A stretch of 64,000 bases of DNA, taken from contig JAQGDQ010002411.1 in NCBI GenBank assembly GCA_030141605.1, positions 1-64,000 of the forward strand, in the 5' to 3' direction. Positions 60,855 to 64,000 of this stretch are shown here, piece after piece; position 1 is the stretch's first letter, and each line of letters begins with the position of its first letter. Source of the stretch: Tubiluchus corallicola. Taxonomy: Eukaryota > Animalia > Priapulida. The notes beneath the pieces are model-generated. The model saw only the letters and a program-made list of their open reading frames with translations, ran no database searches and was not told the origin of the DNA. The position numbers and the translations under genes are program-made.

Positions 60855-61664
60855 TTATTTTTGAAAGAGCTTCTTTTTTTCTTGAGGCTGTATATAATTA
60901 ATAAGTATAGTTCTTAATTGTATGGCTTGTATATCTTGTTTTAGTCTGCCATTTCTTATATAAGACATTTTTCCTGTTTCTTCAGAGACGATAATTACAA
61001 GGGTATCTGTTTCTTGACTAATGCCTATACCTGCTCTATGTCTCAAACCAAGTTGTACAGGAATATTTTGTCTATCGGAGATGGGTAGGATACATTGTGC
61101 TGCTTTTATTTTATTTTTGGTTATCACAATTCCTCCATCGTGTAGTGGTGAGTTTTTAAAGAAAATGTTTTCTATAAGGCTACTTGATATGTCTGCATTG
61201 AGTATTTGTCCTGTTTGTGTTATATATGGTAGTTCAGAGTGTGTAGAAACAACAATTAAGGCTCCTGTTTTACTTCGTTTCATATTCTCACAAGCTCTTA
61301 CTATTTGGCCAATGTTACCTATTGTTAAGTTATTAGAAGTTTCTTTTAAGAAAAAGTCTAATGAGAATTTTCTGCTAAATTTATATCTTGTTCCTATTAT
61401 TAATAAGAATCTGCGAACTTCTTGTTGAAATACAATGATAAGGGCAATAGCTCCTACGCCTATGAAGGAGTCTAATATTCCTCCCAGCATATTCATATCT
61501 AAGGCTTTTACGGTGAGCCAAAATAGGAATAGTAGTAGTAGTCCTACAAAAATATTGAGTGCTACAGTACCTCTTATTAGTTTATATATTTGGAAAAGTA
61601 GAAGAGCTACAAGTGCAATATCTAAAATATCTAGAAACCTTATGTTGATAAATAGGTTTATCAT
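60855..61664 (-). CDS. cdaA: Diadenylate cyclase
   Basis: 3 TM segments, IVFQQEVRRFL, SPLHDGG, GLRHRA, SEETG. Confidence 0.94.
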   Translation of the reverse strand: MINLFINIRFLDILDIALVALLLFQIYKLIRGTVALNIFVGLLLLFLFWLTVKALDMNMLGGILDSFIGVGAIALIIVFQQEVRRFLLIIGTRYKFSRKFSLDFFLKETSNNLTIGNIGQIVRACENMKRSKTGALIVVSTHSELPYITQTGQILNADISSSLIENIFFKNSPLHDGGIVITKNKIKAAQCILPISDRQNIPVQLGLRHRAGIGISQETDTLVIIVSEETGKMSYIRNGRLKQDIQAIQLRTILINYIQPQEKKKLFQK

Positions 61665-62521
61665 GTTGTAGTCTTAGTAATTTGGTTCATTATTTTTATT
61701 GTTTCCATTGTCTCTTTTACATCATGTGTTCTTAGTATAGATGCTCCTTTTTGTAGTGCTATGCTATGTAGTACTATGGTGCCTGTAAGGGCTTGTTCGG
61801 GTGTAGTATTTAGTGTTTTCCATATTATTGATTTTCTTGATACTCCTATAAGCAATGGAAGTTCAAATATATGAAAACTTTCTAATTTATTCATCAACTT
61901 ATAATTATGTTCAATTGTTTTGCCAAAGCCAAAACCAAGGTCAATTATAATGTCTTTTACTCCAAGTGTGTGGAGTTTTTCTATTTTTTTTGATAGATAA
62001 AGTATAATTTCTTTGACAATGTTATGGTATGTAGGGTTGTCTTGCATGTTTTCGGGTGTGCCTTGTATATGTGTAAGTATATAGGGAAGTTGTAGATTAG
62101 CAACGGTTTCAAACATTTTTTTGTCTATGTTTCCTCCTGATATGTCATTGATGATAAAACTTCCAAAGTTGTTGAATACAGTTTGTACTACGTTGGAACG
62201 ATAGGTGTCTACAGATATTTTGGCATTTGGGTGATGTTTTTTAATGGTTTCTATTGCTGGTAGTAGTTGGCTAATTTCCTCTTTTTCTGATATGGGTTTT
62301 GATTTAGGGCGGGTGGAACAAGCGCCTATGTCTATAATATCAGCTCCTTCTTCTACAATGGTGTTTACTCTTTGTAGTATGGTTTTTTGGGTAGTGTATT
62401 TACCTCCATCGTAAAATGAGTTGTCAGTAATGTTAAGAATACCCATTATAAGTGGGGAGCTGAGGTCTAAAAGCTCACCATTATAGTTTAGTGTTGTTTT
62501 TTTGTTGATATAGTTCTTCAC
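61661..62521 (-). CDS. folP: Dihydropteroate synthase
   Basis: IMGILNITDNSFYDGG, DIGACSTRP, SVDTY, INDISGG, GVSRKS, LRTHDV; start estimated at GTG 62521. Confidence 0.95.
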   Translation of the reverse strand: MKNYINKKTTLNYNGELLDLSSPLIMGILNITDNSFYDGGKYTTQKTILQRVNTIVEEGADIIDIGACSTRPKSKPISEKEEISQLLPAIETIKKHHPNAKISVDTYRSNVVQTVFNNFGSFIINDISGGNIDKKMFETVANLQLPYILTHIQGTPENMQDNPTYHNIVKEIILYLSKKIEKLHTLGVKDIIIDLGFGFGKTIEHNYKLMNKLESFHIFELPLLIGVSRKSIIWKTLNTTPEQALTGTIVLHSIALQKGASILRTHDVKETMETIKIMNQITKTTT

Positions 62522-62546
62522 TTTTTTTATTGTGTGTTTTGTTTCT

Positions 62547-63332
62547 TTACCAACTCCCTCCTGCGCCGCCTCCACCGAAGCCACCGCCTCCACCTCCAAA
62601 CCCGCCAAAACTTCCACTTCCAGAACTGAAACTGCTGTAACCGCCTCCACGTCTACCTGAACCAAACATAGTGAGAGCTAACCAAAAAGGTAGGTTGCTA
62701 CTTCCTACATTATGGTTTCTGGTGTTTCTAGCTTTTCCAAACATTGAAACTATTATCATTAATATAAGAATGATGAAGATAAAAGGGGGTAAGGCTCTTT
62801 TGGGGTTTTTGTCGCTCCATTGTGCTGCAGTGAATTCTCCCTCGGTGAGTGCTATAAGTGTGTTTGTAGCTGTATGGATGCCTGCATAATAGTTGTTGTT
62901 TTTAAAATGTGGTATCATTTCTGTTTCTATGATTCGGTTGGCTATGGCATCAGGTACTAAGCCTTCTATATCGTAGCCAGTAGCGATGAAGGCTTCGCCT
63001 CGTGAGTTTCCGTATTTGGGTTTTATGAGTATGACTATCCCGTTGTTGATATTTCTTTTTTTGTCTCTTATGTTTTTACCTATTTGATAGGCATAGTCAG
63101 CTTTATCGTAGCCTGCAAGGTCTTTTACTATGACTACTGCTATTTGTGTGGAAGTTTGATTGTAGTAATGAACTAATTTTTGGTTAAGGGCGTTGTTTTC
63201 TTGTGGGTTAAGAGTGTTGCCTGTAAAGTCGTTGACGAAGCGGTATGGTTTTATAGGTGCGGGAATGTCTTCTTGCGCGTTGATGCTCAGAGTAGATGTT
63301 AGGAGTGCGAGTAGAGTAAGTAGTTTTTTCAT
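62547..63332 (-). CDS. TPM-domain protein (YgcG-like) with a Gly-rich tail
   Basis: VNDF, TSTQIAVV, IATGYDIEGLVPD, GGFGGGGAGGSW. Confidence 0.9.
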   Translation of the reverse strand: MKKLLTLLALLTSTLSINAQEDIPAPIKPYRFVNDFTGNTLNPQENNALNQKLVHYYNQTSTQIAVVIVKDLAGYDKADYAYQIGKNIRDKKRNINNGIVILIKPKYGNSRGEAFIATGYDIEGLVPDAIANRIIETEMIPHFKNNNYYAGIHTATNTLIALTEGEFTAAQWSDKNPKRALPPFIFIILILMIIVSMFGKARNTRNHNVGSSNLPFWLALTMFGSGRRGGGYSSFSSGSGSFGGFGGGGGGFGGGGAGGSW

Positions 63333-63350
63333 AGTGTTTGTTATTGTATG

Positions 63351-63785
63351 TTAGTCTCCAAAGGATATGTCGTCTGGTAGTTCATTTATATCATCCTCTT
63401 GATAGGGAAAATAATTTTTTAGTTGTTGTCCACAAAGTCTAATGGCTTCGACCAATCCAGAGGCGAATTCGTGTTTCTCAAAATGTTCTAATGCTACATT
63501 GCGTATCTTCTTCCAAAATTTATCGGATACCTTAGCATTGATACCTGCATCGCCTATTACAGCAAATTTATGGTCAATAGTGGCAAGGTAGAACAGCACT
63601 CCGTTACGTAGTTCTGTTTTGTGCATTTTCAATTGTTCGAATACCTGTGTGGCTCTATCCAATGTATCTGTTTTGCAGTGGCTTTCCAGATGTACACGTA
63701 TTTCTCCAGAGGTATTGAGTTCAGCCTCTTTGATGGCTTGTACCACATTTTGTTTTTCTGTTTTTGTGAGGAAGTCTCTTGCCAT
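63351..63785 (-). CDS. TPM-domain protein
   Basis: AIKEAELNTSGEIRVH, RNGVLFY, DINELPDDIS. Confidence 0.9.
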   Translation of the reverse strand: MARDFLTKTEKQNVVQAIKEAELNTSGEIRVHLESHCKTDTLDRATQVFEQLKMHKTELRNGVLFYLATIDHKFAVIGDAGINAKVSDKFWKKIRNVALEHFEKHEFASGLVEAIRLCGQQLKNYFPYQEDDINELPDDISFGD

Positions 63786-63786
63786 A

Positions 63787-64000
63787 TTATATATTGTTTT
63801 TTTCGAATTCTACTACAGGGGCTTTTTCGCTGCCTGCTTCGGCTTGGAAGTAGTCTTTGGGTGTGAAACCAAACATATTTGCCATAATGTTTTTGGGGAA
63901 TGTTTTGATGGTGGCATTGTACTGTTTTGTAGCATCGTTAAAATTTTTACGTTCTACTGCGATGCGATTCTCTGTGCCTTCCAATTGTGCTTGTAGGTTA
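63787..64000 (-). CDS. lemA: LemA family protein (3' part; runs off the window)
   Basis: QAQLEGTENRIAVERKNFN..YN..FP.N..A..FGF. Confidence 0.92.
   Translation of the reverse strand, partial: NLQAQLEGTENRIAVERKNFNDATKQYNATIKTFPKNIMANMFGFTPKDYFQAEAGSEKAPVVEFEKNNI

Overview
Bases ~2.3-64 kb look like the chromosome of an AT-rich (~30% GC by eye) Bacteroidota bacterium, probably Bacteroidales/Marinilabiliales-like, with a strong G/T bias on the + strand. Housekeeping genes include pstSCAB-phoU, hflX, tonB, comA, sodB, pgm, murG, rimM-rpsP, thiL, dnaG, aroB-aroD-aroA, mlaD, dnaA, rsmD, nhaA, mrp, cdaA, folP and lemA/TPM. There is also a surface-polysaccharide locus (wbpO/E/I/B-like genes, a formyltransferase and GT4s). 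The main anomaly is the first ~2.3 kb: a decayed animal-type BEL/Pao LTR-retrotransposon pol (protease-RT-RNase H, minus strand) abutting the 3' fragment of a bacterial sulfatase. That junction is either a host/symbiont assembly chimera or an inter-kingdom integration. Other notable features: a HipBST-like operon whose kinase ORF is intact but has lost its catalytic motifs, three tandem paralogous lipoproteins (the last with a 21-Asp tail), a Wbp-type pathway with a formyltransferase in place of WbpD and an amber-interrupted epimerase, and S16 with 51-bp tandem repeats. All family calls come from motif recognition by eye; no searches were run.
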